From Escherichia phage W143, in the sequence record MZ189262.1: a stretch of DNA of 64,000 bases. The stretch is one strand, 5' to 3'. The notes below the pieces were generated by a model. The model was not told the DNA's origin and did no database searches. It saw nothing but the letters and a program-made list of their open reading frames with translations. Both the position numbers and the translations under genes were made by a program. This document shows positions 51,831-63,190 of this stretch, one piece after another (within the stretch, counting starts at the first letter, position 1; the number at the start of each line of letters is the position of its first letter).

Positions 51831-54800
51831 ATGGCCGAGATTAAAAGAAAGTTCAGAGCAGAAGATGGTCTGGACGCAGGTGGCGATAAAATAATCAACG
51901 TAGCTTTAGCTGATCGTACCGTAGGAACTGACGGTGTTAACGTTGATTACTTAATTCAAGAAAACACAGTTCAACAATACGATCCAACTCGTGGATATTT
52001 AAAAGATTTTGTAATCATTTATGATAACCGCTTTTGGGCTGCTATAAATGATATTCCAAAACCAGCAGGAGCTTTTAATAGCGTACGCTGGAGAGCATTA
52101 CGTACTGATGCTAATTGGACAACTGTTTCATCAGGACCTTATCAATTAAAGTCAGGCGAATCAATTTCAGTTGATACTGCATCTGGTAATGACATTACAT
52201 TTACTTTACCATCTTCCCCAATTGATGGAGATACTATCGTTCTCCAAGACATTGGAGGAAAACCTGGAGTTAACCAAGTTTTAATTACAGCTCCGGTGCA
52301 AAGCATTGTAAATTTTAGAGGTCAGCAAGTACGATCAGTACTAATGACTCATCCAAAATCGCAGATAGTTTTAATTTTTAGTAATCGTCTGTGGCAAATG
52401 TATGTTGCTGATTATAGCAGAGAAGCTGCAATTGCAACACCAGCGAATACTTATCAAGCGCAATCCAACGATTTTATCGTACGTAGATTTACTTCTGCTG
52501 CACCAATTAATGTTAAACTTCCAAGATTTGCTAATCATGGCGATATTATTAATTTCGTCGATTTAGATAAACTAAATCCGCTTTATCATACAATTGTTAC
52601 TACATACGATGAAACGACTTCAATACAAGAAGTTGGAACTCATTCCATTGAAGGCCGTACAACGATTGACGGTTTCTTGATGTTTGATGATAATGAGAAA
52701 TTGTGGAGATTGTTTGACGGGGATAGTAAAGCGCGTTTACACATTATAACGACTAATTCTAATATTCGTCCAAATGAAGAAGTTATGGTATTTGGTGCGA
52801 ATAACGGAACAGCTCAGACAATTGAACTTCAGCTTCCGACTGATATTTCTGTTGGTGATACTGTTAAAATTTCCATGAATTACATGAGAAAAGGACAAAC
52901 AGTTAAAATCAAAGCTGCTGATGAAGATAAAATTGCTTCTTCAGTTCAATTGCTGCAATTCCCAAAACGCTCAGAATATCCGCCTGAAACTAAATGGGTA
53001 ACTGTCCAAGAATTAGTTTTTAATGGCGAAACTAATTATGTTCCAGTTTTAGAGCTTGCTTATATAGAAGATTCTGATGGAAAATACTGGGTTGTACAGC
53101 AAAACGTTCCAACTGTAGAAAGAGTAGATTCTTTAAATGATTCTACTAGAGCAAGATTAGGCGTAATTGCTTTAGCTACACAAGCTCAAGCTAATGTCGA
53201 TTTAGAAAATTCTCCACAAAAAGAATTGGCAATTACTCCAGAAACATTAGCTAACCGTACTGCTACAGAAACTCGCAGAGGTATCGCAAGAATAGCAACT
53301 ACTGCTCAAGTGAATCAGAACACCACATTCTCTTTTGCAGATGACCTTATCATTACTCCTAAAAAGCTGAATGAAAGAACTGCTACAGAAACTCGTAGAG
53401 GTGTTGCTGAAATTGCTACGCAGCAAGAAACTAATACAGGAACCGATGATACTACAATCATTACTCCTAAAAAGCTTCAAGCTCGTCAAGGTTCTGAATC
53501 ATTATCTGGTATTGTAACTTTTGTATCTACTGCAGGTGCTACTCCAGCTTCTAGCCGTGAATTAAATGGTACGAATGTTTATAATAAAAACACTAATAAT
53601 TTAGTTGTTTCACCTAAAGCTTTGGATCAGTATAAAGCTACTCCAACGCAGCAAGGTGCAGTAATTTTAGCAGTTGAAAGTGAAGTAATTGCTGGACAAA
53701 GTCAGCAAGGATGGGCAAATGCTGTTGTAACGCCAGAAACGTTACATAAAAAGACATCAACTGATGGAAGAATTGGTTTAATTGAAATTGCTACGCAAAG
53801 TGAAGTTAATACAGGAACTGATTATACTCGTGCAGTCACTCCTAAAACTTTAAATGGTCGTAAAGCAACTGAAAGTTTAAGTGGTATAGCTGAAATTGCT
53901 ACGCAAGTTGAATTCGACGCAGGCGTCGACGATACTCGTATCTCTACACCATTAAAAATTAAAACTAGATTTAATAGTACTGATCGTACTTCTGTTGTTG
54001 CTCTATCTGGATTAGTTGAATCAGGAACTCTCTGGGACCATTATACCCTTAATATTCTTGAAGCAAATGAGACACAACGTGGTACACTTCGTGTGGCTAC
54101 GCAAGTTGAAGCTGCTGCAGGAACATTAGATAATGTTTTAATAACTCCTAAAAAGCTTTTAGGTACTAAATCTACTGAAGCACAGGAAGGCGTTATTAAG
54201 GTTGCAACTCAGTCTGAAACTGTAGCTGGAACGTCAGCAAATACTGCTGTATCTCCAAAAAATTTAAAATGGATTGTGCAGAGTGAACCTACTTGGGCAG
54301 CTACTACTCTGGTAAGAGGTTTTGTTAAAACTTCATCCGGTTCTATTACATTCGTTGGTAATGATACAGTCGGTTCTACACAGAACTTAGAGCTATATGA
54401 GAAAAATAGCTATGCAGTATCACCATATGAATTAAACCGTGTATTAGCAAATTATTTGCCGTTAAAAGCAAAAGCTGCTGATACAAATTTATTGGATGGT
54501 CTAGATTCATCCCAGTTCATTCGTAGGGATATTGCACAGACGGTTAATGGTTCACTAACCTTAACCCAGCAAACGAATCTGAGTGCCCCTCTTGTATCAT
54601 CTAGTACTGCTACGTTCGGTGGATCAGTTTCGGCAAATAGTACATTAACTATTTCTAATACTGGAACGGCAACTCGTCTGATTTTTGAGAAAGGACCTCA
54701 AACTGGAACTAACCCAGCACAGACGATGACTATCAGAGTATGGGGAAATCAGTTTGGCGGCGGCTCGGATACGACTCGTTCTACCGTGTTTGAAGTTGGC

Positions 54801-55700
54801 GATGAAACATCTCATCACTTTTATTCTCAACGCAATAAAGATGGTAGTATAGCGTTTATCATTAATGGTACTGTAATGCCAATAAATGTTAATGCTTCCG
54901 GTTTGATGAATGTGAATGGCACTGCAACATTCGGTCGTTCAGTTACAGCCAATGGTGAATTCATTAGCAAATCATCGAATGCTTTTAGAGCTATTAGTGG
55001 TAATTACGGATTCTTTATTCGTAATGATGGTGCTAATGTCTATTTTATGCTAACTAATTCAAGTGACCAAACTGGTGGTTTTAATGGATTACGTCCTTTA
55101 GCTATTAACAATGCATCCGGTCAAGTAACGATTGGTGAAGGCTTAATCGTTGCCAAAGGTGTTACTATAAACTCAGGTGGCTTAACTGTTAACTCGAGAA
55201 TTCGTTCTCAGGGCATTAAAACATCTGACTTATATACCCGTGCGCCAACATCTGATACTGTAGGATTCTGGTCAATTGACATTAATGATTCAGCTACTTA
55301 TAACCAGTTCCCAGGTTATTTTAAAATGGTTGAAAAAACTAATGAGGTGACTGGACTTCCATACTTAGAACGTGGAGAAGAGGTTAAATCTCCTGGTACA
55401 TTGACTCAATTTGGTAATACACTTGATTCTCTTTACCAAGATTGGATTACTTATCCAACAACTCCAGAAGCGCGTACCACTCGCTGGACACGTACATGGC
55501 AGAAAACCAAAAACTCCTGGTCAAGTTTTGTTCAGGTATTTGACGGAGGTAACCCTCCTCAACCATCTGATATCGGTGCTTTACCATCTGATAATGCTAC
55601 AATGGGGAATCTTACTATTCGTGATTTCTTACGAATTGGTAATGTTCGCATTATTCCTGACCCAGTGAATAAAACGGTTAAATTTGAATGGGTTGAATAA
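51831..55700 (+). CDS. 34: long tail fibre proximal subunit gp34
   Basis: 1289 aa; internal tandem repeats; late promoter upstream. Confidence 0.95.
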   Translation: MAEIKRKFRAEDGLDAGGDKIINVALADRTVGTDGVNVDYLIQENTVQQYDPTRGYLKDFVIIYDNRFWAAINDIPKPAGAFNSVRWRALRTDANWTTVSSGPYQLKSGESISVDTASGNDITFTLPSSPIDGDTIVLQDIGGKPGVNQVLITAPVQSIVNFRGQQVRSVLMTHPKSQIVLIFSNRLWQMYVADYSREAAIATPANTYQAQSNDFIVRRFTSAAPINVKLPRFANHGDIINFVDLDKLNPLYHTIVTTYDETTSIQEVGTHSIEGRTTIDGFLMFDDNEKLWRLFDGDSKARLHIITTNSNIRPNEEVMVFGANNGTAQTIELQLPTDISVGDTVKISMNYMRKGQTVKIKAADEDKIASSVQLLQFPKRSEYPPETKWVTVQELVFNGETNYVPVLELAYIEDSDGKYWVVQQNVPTVERVDSLNDSTRARLGVIALATQAQANVDLENSPQKELAITPETLANRTATETRRGIARIATTAQVNQNTTFSFADDLIITPKKLNERTATETRRGVAEIATQQETNTGTDDTTIITPKKLQARQGSESLSGIVTFVSTAGATPASSRELNGTNVYNKNTNNLVVSPKALDQYKATPTQQGAVILAVESEVIAGQSQQGWANAVVTPETLHKKTSTDGRIGLIEIATQSEVNTGTDYTRAVTPKTLNGRKATESLSGIAEIATQVEFDAGVDDTRISTPLKIKTRFNSTDRTSVVALSGLVESGTLWDHYTLNILEANETQRGTLRVATQVEAAAGTLDNVLITPKKLLGTKSTEAQEGVIKVATQSETVAGTSANTAVSPKNLKWIVQSEPTWAATTLVRGFVKTSSGSITFVGNDTVGSTQNLELYEKNSYAVSPYELNRVLANYLPLKAKAADTNLLDGLDSSQFIRRDIAQTVNGSLTLTQQTNLSAPLVSSSTATFGGSVSANSTLTISNTGTATRLIFEKGPQTGTNPAQTMTIRVWGNQFGGGSDTTRSTVFEVGDETSHHFYSQRNKDGSIAFIINGTVMPINVNASGLMNVNGTATFGRSVTANGEFISKSSNAFRAISGNYGFFIRNDGANVYFMLTNSSDQTGGFNGLRPLAINNASGQVTIGEGLIVAKGVTINSGGLTVNSRIRSQGIKTSDLYTRAPTSDTVGFWSIDINDSATYNQFPGYFKMVEKTNEVTGLPYLERGEEVKSPGTLTQFGNTLDSLYQDWITYPTTPEARTTRWTRTWQKTKNSWSSFVQVFDGGNPPQPSDIGALPSDNATMGNLTIRDFLRIGNVRIIPDPVNKTVKFEWVE
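53220..54250 (+). repeat. tandem coding repeats within gene 34 (about 40-codon fibre repeats)
   Basis: Recurring protein motif T-x-E-T-R-R-G-(I/V)-A-x-I-A-T and TPKKL; e.g. GAAACTCGCAGAGGTATCGC near 53271 and GAAACTCGTAGAGGTGTTGC near 53391; bounds approximate. Confidence 0.6.
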
Positions 55701-55708
55701 GAGGTATT

Positions 55709-56824
55709 ATGGAAAAATTTATGGCAGAGTTTGGACAAGGATATGTCCAAACGCCATTTTTATCGGAAAGTAATTCAGTAAGATATAAAATAAGTATAGC
55801 GGGTTCTTGCCCACTTTCTACAGCAGGACCGTACGTTAAATTTCAGGATAATCCCGTCGGAAATCAAGCATTTAATGCAGGTCTTCATTTAAGAGTTTTT
55901 GACCCTTCTACAGGAGCATTAGTTGATAGTAAGTCATATGCTTTTTCGACTTCAAATGATACTACATCAGCTGCTTTTGTTAGTTTCATGAATTCTTTGA
56001 CGAATAATAGACTTGTTGCTATATTAACTAACGGAAAAGTTAATTTTCCTCCTGAAGTAGTATCTTGGATAAGAGCCGCAGGAACGTCTGCTTTTCCATC
56101 TGATTCTATATTGTCAAGATTCGACGTATCATATGCTGCTTTTTACACTTCTTCTAAAAGAGCTATTGCATTAGAGCATGTTAAATTAAGTAATAGAAAA
56201 AGCACAGATGATTATCAAACTATTTTAGATGTTGTATTTGACAGTTTAGAAGATGTTGGAGCTACAGGATTTCCTAAAAGAACGTATGAAAGCGTTGATC
56301 AATTTATGTCGGCAGTTGGCGGAACTAATAACGAAATTGCGCGATTACCAACTTCAGCTGCTATAAGTAAACTCTCTGATTATAATTTAATTCCTGGCGA
56401 TGTTCTTTATCTTAAAGCTCAGTTATATGCCGATGCTGATTTACTTGCGCTTGGAACCACAAATATATCTATCCGTTTTTATAACGCATCTAATGGATAT
56501 ATTTCCTCGACACAAGCTGAGTTTACCGGGCAAGCTGGGTCTTGGGAATTAAAAGAAGATTATGTAGTTGTTCCAGAAAACGCTGTCGGATTTACGATAT
56601 ATGCACAAAGAACATCACAAGCTGGTCAAGGTGGCATGAGAAATTTAAGCTTTTCTGAAGTGTCAAGAAATGGGGGTATTTCGAAACCTGCTGAATTTGG
56701 CGTCAATGGCATTCGTGTTAATTATATCTGTGAATCTGCTTCACCTCCGGATATAATGGTACTTCCTACACAAGCATCGTCTAAAACTGGTAAAGTGTTT
56801 GGGCAAGAATTTAGAGAAGTATAA
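55709..56824 (+). CDS. 35: long tail fibre hinge gp35
   Basis: 371 aa; synteny; terminator downstream. Confidence 0.9.
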   Translation: MEKFMAEFGQGYVQTPFLSESNSVRYKISIAGSCPLSTAGPYVKFQDNPVGNQAFNAGLHLRVFDPSTGALVDSKSYAFSTSNDTTSAAFVSFMNSLTNNRLVAILTNGKVNFPPEVVSWIRAAGTSAFPSDSILSRFDVSYAAFYTSSKRAIALEHVKLSNRKSTDDYQTILDVVFDSLEDVGATGFPKRTYESVDQFMSAVGGTNNEIARLPTSAAISKLSDYNLIPGDVLYLKAQLYADADLLALGTTNISIRFYNASNGYISSTQAEFTGQAGSWELKEDYVVVPENAVGFTIYAQRTSQAGQGGMRNLSFSEVSRNGGISKPAEFGVNGIRVNYICESASPPDIMVLPTQASSKTGKVFGQEFREV

Positions 56825-56829
56825 ATTGA

Positions 56830-56857
56830 GGGAGCCTTCGGGTTCCCTTTTTTTTCT
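56830..56857 (+). terminator. intrinsic terminator after gene 35
   Basis: GGGAGCC-TTCG-GGTTCCC followed by TTTTTTTT. Confidence 0.8.
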
Positions 56858-56858
56858 T

Positions 56859-56866
56859 TATAAATA
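56859..56866 (+). promoter_or_regulatory. late promoter TATAAATA (gene 36)
   Basis: Exact match just after the gene 35 terminator. Confidence 0.75.
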
Positions 56867-56889
56867 CTATTAAAATAAAGGGGCATACA

Positions 56890-57552
56890 ATGGCTGATTT
56901 AAAAGTAGGTTCAACAACTGGAGGCTCTGTCATTTGGCATCAAGGAAATTTTCCATTGAATCCAGCCGGTGACGATGTACTCTATAAATCATTTAAAATA
57001 TATTCAGAATATAATAAACCACAAGCTGCAGATAACGATTTCGTTTCTAAAGCTAATGGTGGTACTTATGCCGCGACTGTTCGATTTAATGGAGGAGTAC
57101 ATGTTCCTACTATAGGTAGTAGTCAACAGTGCGGTGTTTATCCAGGTAACGGTGATGCAGCTACTTTTGCTATGGCAAATATTGACATCGTTTCGTGGAA
57201 TGGTATTGGTTTTAAATCATCACAAGGTTCAGCAGACCGAACTGTTGTAATTAATGCACGTAATGGTGATATTAGTACAAAAGGCGTTGTGACAGCAGTA
57301 GGTCAAATAAGAAGTAATGCAGTTTCTCCTGTATCAGCAAATGACCTTACTAGAAAAGACTATGTTGATGGAGCAATAAATACTGTTACGGCAAATGCGA
57401 ACTCTAGAGTGTTACGATCTGGTGACACTATGATTGGTAACTTAACTGCGCCAAACTTTTTCTCGCAGAATCCTGCATCCCAACCTTCACATGTTCCACG
57501 ATTTGACCAAATCGTAATTAAGGATTCTGTTCAAGATTTCGGCTATTATTAA
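56890..57552 (+). CDS. 36: long tail fibre distal connector gp36
   Basis: 220 aa; late promoter upstream. Confidence 0.9.
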   Translation: MADLKVGSTTGGSVIWHQGNFPLNPAGDDVLYKSFKIYSEYNKPQAADNDFVSKANGGTYAATVRFNGGVHVPTIGSSQQCGVYPGNGDAATFAMANIDIVSWNGIGFKSSQGSADRTVVINARNGDISTKGVVTAVGQIRSNAVSPVSANDLTRKDYVDGAINTVTANANSRVLRSGDTMIGNLTAPNFFSQNPASQPSHVPRFDQIVIKDSVQDFGYY

Positions 57553-57560
57553 GAGGACTT

Positions 57561-60500
57561 ATGGCTACTTTAAAACAAATACAATTTAAAAGAAGCAAAA
57601 CCGCAGGTGCACGTCCTGCTGCTTCAGTATTAGCCGAAGGTGAATTGGCTATAAACTTAAAAGATAGAACAATTTTTACTAAAGATGATTTAGGAAATAT
57701 CATTGATCTGGGTTTTGCTAAAGGTGGGCAGGTTGATGGAAATATCACTCAAATTGGAGATTATACACAGACCGGAAAATTTAATTTAATTGGCCCACAA
57801 ATTGTAGAAAGCGGTGGATATATTGAGTTTAACTATCGTACTACTGGAAGTGGGTCTTGGACTGGTCAACACACCGCAAAAGCTCCAATTTTTGTAGATT
57901 TAAGCTCATCTACTTCCACATCTGAATATAATCCTATAATTAAACAACGCTTTAAAGATGGAACTTTTTCATTAGGTACTTTAGTTTCTGAAGGTTCGTT
58001 GAAGATTCATTATATCAATGAATCTGGTGATTCGAAATATTGGACGTTTCGACGTGACGGTGGATTTACTGTTGACGGTGGAAGTTTAGCCGTATCAGGA
58101 GGTAGTATAACTACATCTGGAAACATCGCCGCGTTCGGAAATATCACTTCACCACAAATTAATACTAAAAATATTATTTTAGATACAAAAGCATTCGGAC
58201 AATATGATTCACAATCATTAGTTCAATATGTTTATCCTGGAACAGGTGAAGAAAATGGTATAAACTATCTTCGTAAAGTTCGAGCTAAATCAGGCGGAAC
58301 TATTTACCATGAAATTGCTTCTGCGCAGACTGGTAAGAATGATGAAATTTCTTGGTGGACCGGAAATACACTTACTACTAAATTAATGGGTCTTCGTAAT
58401 GATGGCGCAATGGTATTACGTCGTTCACTTGCTATTGGCACAATTACCACTGATGAAAATACCAACAACTATGGTTCTCCTACTCCAATGGGAGAAAGAT
58501 ATATTGCTTTGGGTGATGCTGCAACCGGTTTAAAATATATTAAGCAAGGTGTTTATGATTTAGTAGGTAATTGGAATTCTGTTGCTTCTATTACTCCTGA
58601 TAGTTTCCGTAGTACTCGTAAAGCATTATTTGGACGTTCAGAAGACCAAGGCGCTACATGGAACATGCCTGGAAACAACGCCGCGCTTTTATCGGTTCAA
58701 ACACAAGCTGATGGAAACACTGCTGGCGACGGTCAAACCCACATTGGATATAATTCTGGTGGTAAAATGAACCACTATTTTCGTGGTACAGGCCAGATGA
58801 ATATCAATACCCAGCAAGGTACGGAAATTAACCCGGGTATTTTGAAATTGGTAACTGGCTCTAATAATGTACAGTTTTATGCCGATGGAACTATTTCTTC
58901 TATCCAACCTGTTAAATTAGACAACGAATTATTTTTAAATAGTTCTAATAATACTGCAGGACTTAAATTTGGCGCCCCTAGCAAAGTTGATGGCTCGAGA
59001 ATTATCCAATGGAATGCCGGGACCCGTGCAGGACAAAATAAAAATTATCTGGTTATGAAAGCTTGGGGTAATGCATTCGACTCCACTGCCGGTAATCGCG
59101 AAACTGTATTTGAATTATACGATAGTCAGGGCTATCATTTTTATTCTCAACGTTTAGCTCCAACGGGTTCTGAAACTGTCGGTGCTCTTCAATTTAGAAT
59201 TTCCGGCGCTTTACGTGTGGGTGGTGATATTATATCAGCTGGTTCTATTGTTAGTGAATCAAGTTTAGTTGCAAATAATGGATTGTCTGTAAATGGTCAA
59301 GCTAAATTCGGTGGAACAGCAAATGCATTGAGAATTTGGAATGCTGAATATGGTGCCATTTTCCGTCGTTCAGAAAATAACTTTTATATTATTCCAACCA
59401 ATCAAAATGAAGGCGAAAGTGGAGACATTCACAGCTCTTTGAGACCTGTGAGAATAGGATTAAACGATGGTATGGTTGGATTAGGAAGAGATTCTTTTAT
59501 AGTAGATCAAAATAATGCTTTAACTACTATAAACAGTAACTCTCGCATTAATGCCAACTTTAGAATGCAATTAGGACAAAATGCTTATATAGATATTGAG
59601 GCTTCTGACGGCGTTCGTCCAGCAGGTTGTGGTTCATTTGCATCTCAGAATTACGAAGACGTCAGAGCTCCAATTTATATGAATATAAAGCGTACTTCTA
59701 CTTCTGAATATATTCCCATTGTTAAACAACGGTATGTAAATGGTGATAGTACTTATTCTATTGGCACCTTAATTTCTCAAGGAGACTTCCGCGTCCATTA
59801 TCACCAGGGTACTAGTACTACCGGTACTGATTTAAGTTGGGAATTCCGTCGCACAGGCGATTTCCGCGCGGCTGGTAAAATTATTGCAGGTTCAGCTCAA
59901 TTAGGTACTGATGGTAATATTACTGGTGGTTCTGGTAATTTTGCTAACTTAAACAGTACAATTGAATCACTTAAAACTGATATTGTTTCAAGTTATCCAA
60001 TTGGTGCTCCGATTCCTTGGCCTACTGATACACCTCCTGAAGGTTATGCCATAATGGAAGGTCAGACTTTTGATAAGTCTGCATATCCAAAGTTAGCTGT
60101 TGCATATCCTAGTGGTGTTATTCCAGATATGCGTGGACAAACTATCAAGGGTAAACCAAGTGGACGTGCTGTGTTAAGTGCTGAAGCCGATGGTATTAAG
60201 TCTCATAGCCATAGTGCATCTGCTTCAAGTACTGACTTAGGCACTAAAACCACATCAAGCTTTGACTATGGTACGAAGGGCACTAATAGTGCTGGTCATC
60301 ACGCACACTCTGGTAGTGGTTCTACCAGCACAAATGGTGAGCACGTTCACGCCATCGAGGCATGGAACGGGACTGGTGCAGGTGGTAATAAGATGTCATC
60401 ATATGCCGTCGCGTATAGGGCGGGTGGGAGTAACACTAATTCAGCAGGGAGCCACAGCCACACTTTCTCTTTTGGGACTAGCGGTGCTGGCGACCATTCC

Positions 60501-60638
60501 CACTCTGTAGGCATTGGTGCTCACAGCCACACGGTAGCGATTGGTTCGCATGGTCATACTATCACTGTAAATAGTACAGGTAATACAGAAAACACGGTTA
60601 AAAACATTGCTTTTAACTATATCGTTCGTTTAGCATAA
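57561..60638 (+). CDS. 37: long tail fibre distal subunit gp37 (T4-type tip with His-x-His repeats)
   Basis: 1025 aa; C-terminal [38 protein letters not shown] repeats. Confidence 0.95.
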   Translation: MATLKQIQFKRSKTAGARPAASVLAEGELAINLKDRTIFTKDDLGNIIDLGFAKGGQVDGNITQIGDYTQTGKFNLIGPQIVESGGYIEFNYRTTGSGSWTGQHTAKAPIFVDLSSSTSTSEYNPIIKQRFKDGTFSLGTLVSEGSLKIHYINESGDSKYWTFRRDGGFTVDGGSLAVSGGSITTSGNIAAFGNITSPQINTKNIILDTKAFGQYDSQSLVQYVYPGTGEENGINYLRKVRAKSGGTIYHEIASAQTGKNDEISWWTGNTLTTKLMGLRNDGAMVLRRSLAIGTITTDENTNNYGSPTPMGERYIALGDAATGLKYIKQGVYDLVGNWNSVASITPDSFRSTRKALFGRSEDQGATWNMPGNNAALLSVQTQADGNTAGDGQTHIGYNSGGKMNHYFRGTGQMNINTQQGTEINPGILKLVTGSNNVQFYADGTISSIQPVKLDNELFLNSSNNTAGLKFGAPSKVDGSRIIQWNAGTRAGQNKNYLVMKAWGNAFDSTAGNRETVFELYDSQGYHFYSQRLAPTGSETVGALQFRISGALRVGGDIISAGSIVSESSLVANNGLSVNGQAKFGGTANALRIWNAEYGAIFRRSENNFYIIPTNQNEGESGDIHSSLRPVRIGLNDGMVGLGRDSFIVDQNNALTTINSNSRINANFRMQLGQNAYIDIEASDGVRPAGCGSFASQNYEDVRAPIYMNIKRTSTSEYIPIVKQRYVNGDSTYSIGTLISQGDFRVHYHQGTSTTGTDLSWEFRRTGDFRAAGKIIAGSAQLGTDGNITGGSGNFANLNSTIESLKTDIVSSYPIGAPIPWPTDTPPEGYAIMEGQTFDKSAYPKLAVAYPSGVIPDMRGQTIKGKPSGRAVLSAEADGIKSHSHSASASSTDLGTKTTSSFDYGTKGTNSAGHHAHSGSGSTSTNGEHVHAIEAWNGTGAGGNKMSSYAVAYRAGGSNTNSAGSHSHTFSFGTSGAGDHSHSVGIGAHSHTVAIGSHGHTITVNSTGNTENTVKNIAFNYIVRLA

Positions 60639-60642
60639 GGAG

Positions 60643-60658
60643 AGGGGCTTCGGCCCCT
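60643..60658 (+). terminator. hairpin after gene 37 (AGGGGCTTCGGCCCCT)
   Basis: Perfect stem with UUCG loop; 8 nt before the gene 38 ATG. Confidence 0.45.
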
Positions 60659-60665
60659 TCTAAAT

Positions 60666-61217
60666 ATGAAAATCTATCATTATTATTTTGACACAAAAGA
60701 ATTTTACAAAGAAGAAAATTACAAACCGATTAAAGGTCTTGGTCTTCCTGCTCATTCAACAATTAAAAAACCTTTAGAACCTAAAGAAGGATACGCGGTT
60801 GTATTTGATGAACGTATTCAGGATTGGATTTATGAAGAAGACCATCGCGGCAAACGAGCATGGACTTTTAATAAAGAAGAAATTTTTATAAATGACATTG
60901 GAAGCCCAGTTGGTATAACTTTTGATGAACCCGGCGAATTTGACATATGGACTGATGATGGTTGGAAAGAAGATGAAACATATAAACGGGTTTTAATTCG
61001 TAATAGAAAAATTGAAGAATTATATAAAGAATTCCAAGTATTGAGTAATATGATCGAAGCTTCAGCTGCAAATAAAAAGGAAAAATTCTATCATCAAAAC
61101 CTTAAACGGTTCTTTGCTCTTTTAGAAAAGCATGAGCATTTAGGTGGTGAATTCCCTGCATGGCCTGAAAAAGAACGGAAGCCTTGGTATAAGCGTTTAT
61201 TCAAGCATTACGTATAA
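60666..61217 (+). CDS. 38: gp38, T4-type tail fibre assembly chaperone
   Basis: 183 aa (T4-type size); directly after gene 37. Confidence 0.85.
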   Translation: MKIYHYYFDTKEFYKEENYKPIKGLGLPAHSTIKKPLEPKEGYAVVFDERIQDWIYEEDHRGKRAWTFNKEEIFINDIGSPVGITFDEPGEFDIWTDDGWKEDETYKRVLIRNRKIEELYKEFQVLSNMIEASAANKKEKFYHQNLKRFFALLEKHEHLGGEFPAWPEKERKPWYKRLFKHYV

Positions 61218-61220
61218 ATA
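61213..61220 (+). promoter_or_regulatory. late promoter TATAAATA (holin t)
   Basis: Exact match overlapping the gene 38 stop, about 19 nt before t. Confidence 0.7.
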
Positions 61221-61238
61221 TCTTAAAAAGGAGGGTCT

Positions 61239-61895
61239 ATGGCAGCACCTAGAATATCATTTTCGCCCTCTGATATTCTGTTGGGTGTTCTAGATCGCTT
61301 GTTCAAAGATAACGCTACCGGGAAAGTTCTTGCTTCCCGGGTAGCTGTCGTAATTCTTTTGTTTATAATGGCGATTGTTTGGTATAGGGGAGATAGTTTC
61401 TTTGAGTACTATAAGCAATCAAAGTATGAAACATACAGTGAAATTATTGAAAAGGAAAGAACTGCACGCTTTGAATCTGTCGCCCTGGAACAACTCCAGA
61501 TAGTTCATATATCATCTGAGGCAGACTTTAGTGCGGTGTATTCTTTCCGCCCTAAAAACTTAAACTATTTTGTTGATATTATAGCATATGAAGGAAAATT
61601 ACCTTCAACAATAAGCGAAAAATCACTTGGAGGATATCCTGTTGATAAAACTATGGATGAATATACAGTTCATTTAAATGGACGTCACTATTATTCCAAT
61701 TCAAAATTTGCTTTTTTACCAACTAAAAAGCCTACTCCTGAAATAAATTACATGTACAGTTGTCCATATTTCAATTTGGATAATATCTATGCTGGAACAA
61801 TAACCATGTACTGGTATAGAAATGATCATATAAGTAATGACCGCCTTGAATCAATATGTTCTCAGGCGGCCAGAATATTAGGAAGGGCTAAATAA
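61239..61895 (+). CDS. t: holin T
   Basis: 218 aa; single N-terminal TM (VAVVILLFIMAIVWY) with large periplasmic domain; late promoter upstream. Confidence 0.93.
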   Translation: MAAPRISFSPSDILLGVLDRLFKDNATGKVLASRVAVVILLFIMAIVWYRGDSFFEYYKQSKYETYSEIIEKERTARFESVALEQLQIVHISSEADFSAVYSFRPKNLNYFVDIIAYEGKLPSTISEKSLGGYPVDKTMDEYTVHLNGRHYYSNSKFAFLPTKKPTPEINYMYSCPYFNLDNIYAGTITMYWYRNDHISNDRLESICSQAARILGRAK

Positions 61896-62168
61896 TTATT
61901 TGTTTGTATACATCTCTAGATATCGATATACGCCCTCAAAACCCTCGTTGAATTCGTCGATGAGGGTTTTCTTATCTTCTTGAGTTAATTCAGAAACAAT
62001 TTTACGGAATGAATTCTGATTTAACTTTCTACCTTCATGCGTTACTCCAATCTCATTCAGAAATGCAATAAAATTAGCACGATTCTCAACAATATCTTCT
62101 CTGGAAAATTTAATCAAAATAGACGCAACAGTAATAATTTCACGAACTGTATCAATGTTTTTATTCAT
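61896..62168 (-). CDS. asiA: anti-sigma70 factor AsiA
   Basis: 90 aa; N-terminus MNKNIDTVREIITVASILIKFSRED; early promoter upstream. Confidence 0.9.
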   Translation of the reverse strand: MNKNIDTVREIITVASILIKFSREDIVENRANFIAFLNEIGVTHEGRKLNQNSFRKIVSELTQEDKKTLIDEFNEGFEGVYRYLEMYTNK

Positions 62169-62180
62169 TAACTACACCAC

Positions 62181-62333
62181 TCAATTAGTTGACTTTATTA
62201 TAATATCATCAGACACTTGATTTGTAAACTGGTCTGTGTTATTTTCTTCAAAAATTTTTTCTACGAATTCCTTGAACAACTCACGTTCCTGGGCTACATT
62301 ATGCTCGATTACCTTTTCAAGATTATGACTCAT
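62181..62333 (-). CDS. small ORF (about 50 aa) between arn and asiA, not in ORF track
   Basis: Hand translation MSHNLEKVIEHNVAQERELFKEFVEKIFEENNTDQFTNQVSDDIIIKSTN; ATG overlaps arn stop (ATGA); coordinates +/-2. Confidence 0.4.
   Translation of the reverse strand: MSHNLEKVIEHNVAQERELFKEFVEKIFEENNTDQFTNQVSDDIIIKSTN
62200..62229 (-). promoter_or_regulatory. early promoter for asiA
   Basis: - strand GTTTACA, 17 nt spacer, TATTAT; about 30 nt before asiA. Confidence 0.65.
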
Positions 62334-62608
62334 TCGAAATAATCTTCAATTTCGTAATCATGGACATAAATCATTATAGTTTTTAATACATCATCAATAC
62401 TTTTTCCTGGAGCTGGAATTACGTAAAAATATCCCGCCTTTGAGTTATCTTTATAAGTTCCAACCAAGAAATCATTATTCTCAAGATGTAGTTCTTCAAC
62501 TAATTCATCGACAATTGAGTGGTATAAATTTGGTAGAAACTTATATAGCTTTTCTAGAATGTCAATTTTGATTGTATATTGAACCACAGATTGAGAATCA
62601 ATAATCAT
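62330..62608 (-). CDS. arn: Arn, anti-restriction (McrBC inhibitor)
   Basis: 92 aa, acidic; T4 position upstream of asiA. Confidence 0.7.
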   Translation of the reverse strand: MIIDSQSVVQYTIKIDILEKLYKFLPNLYHSIVDELVEELHLENNDFLVGTYKDNSKAGYFYVIPAPGKSIDDVLKTIMIYVHDYEIEDYFE

Positions 62609-62691
62609 AGACCTTCCCCTTATGTTTCTGTTTGCGATTAGATTCTTTAAACGCTTTCTTCTTATCTTTATGGACAGAAGCTTTATTAAAA

Positions 62692-62910
62692 TTATGTTTT
62701 GCGACTAAATTGTTCATAGTGCTGAATTACCTCTCTTAAGCATTTGCATGTGAATGAAAACTTTTTAGCTACACCACATTCAAATATATGTTCTCTTAAA
62801 TCACATGTGTCAGTATATCCCATCTCAACAATAAAATGCCGTATTAGATTTTTATCTTTATCATTGAGAGAGTTAAAATAATCGGATTTTGAATTAATTT
62901 CCCTGGCCAA
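62692..62910 (-). CDS. hypothetical Cys-containing small protein
   Basis: 72 aa; Cys at CDLREHIFEC and FTCKC. Confidence 0.5.
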   Translation of the reverse strand: MAREINSKSDYFNSLNDKDKNLIRHFIVEMGYTDTCDLREHIFECGVAKKFSFTCKCLREVIQHYEQFSRKT

Positions 62911-63190
62911 ATTGAATCACCTTCAGTTGACGTTTTAGTTCTTTTATCATCTCTTCGTTCATCGCAATATAAAGATCGCGTAAAGCAGGCTTTAACATTC
63001 CATTTATTGGGGAACTAAATGGACATACATAATCTTTTCCTACGAGCTTTTTAGTGAATTCCATATTACAGAACTGAAATGCCGGTTCATTGGCATAAAT
63101 TCCCCAATTAGTTGACATCATTTTATTGGCATATTCCAACGCCTGGATTTGATTAGTAATTCCGTCAATTTGAAACTTTTTAATATTCAT
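62894..63190 (-). CDS. hypothetical protein
   Basis: 98 aa. Confidence 0.5.
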   Translation of the reverse strand: MNIKKFQIDGITNQIQALEYANKMMSTNWGIYANEPAFQFCNMEFTKKLVGKDYVCPFSSPINGMLKPALRDLYIAMNEEMIKELKRQLKVIQFGQGN

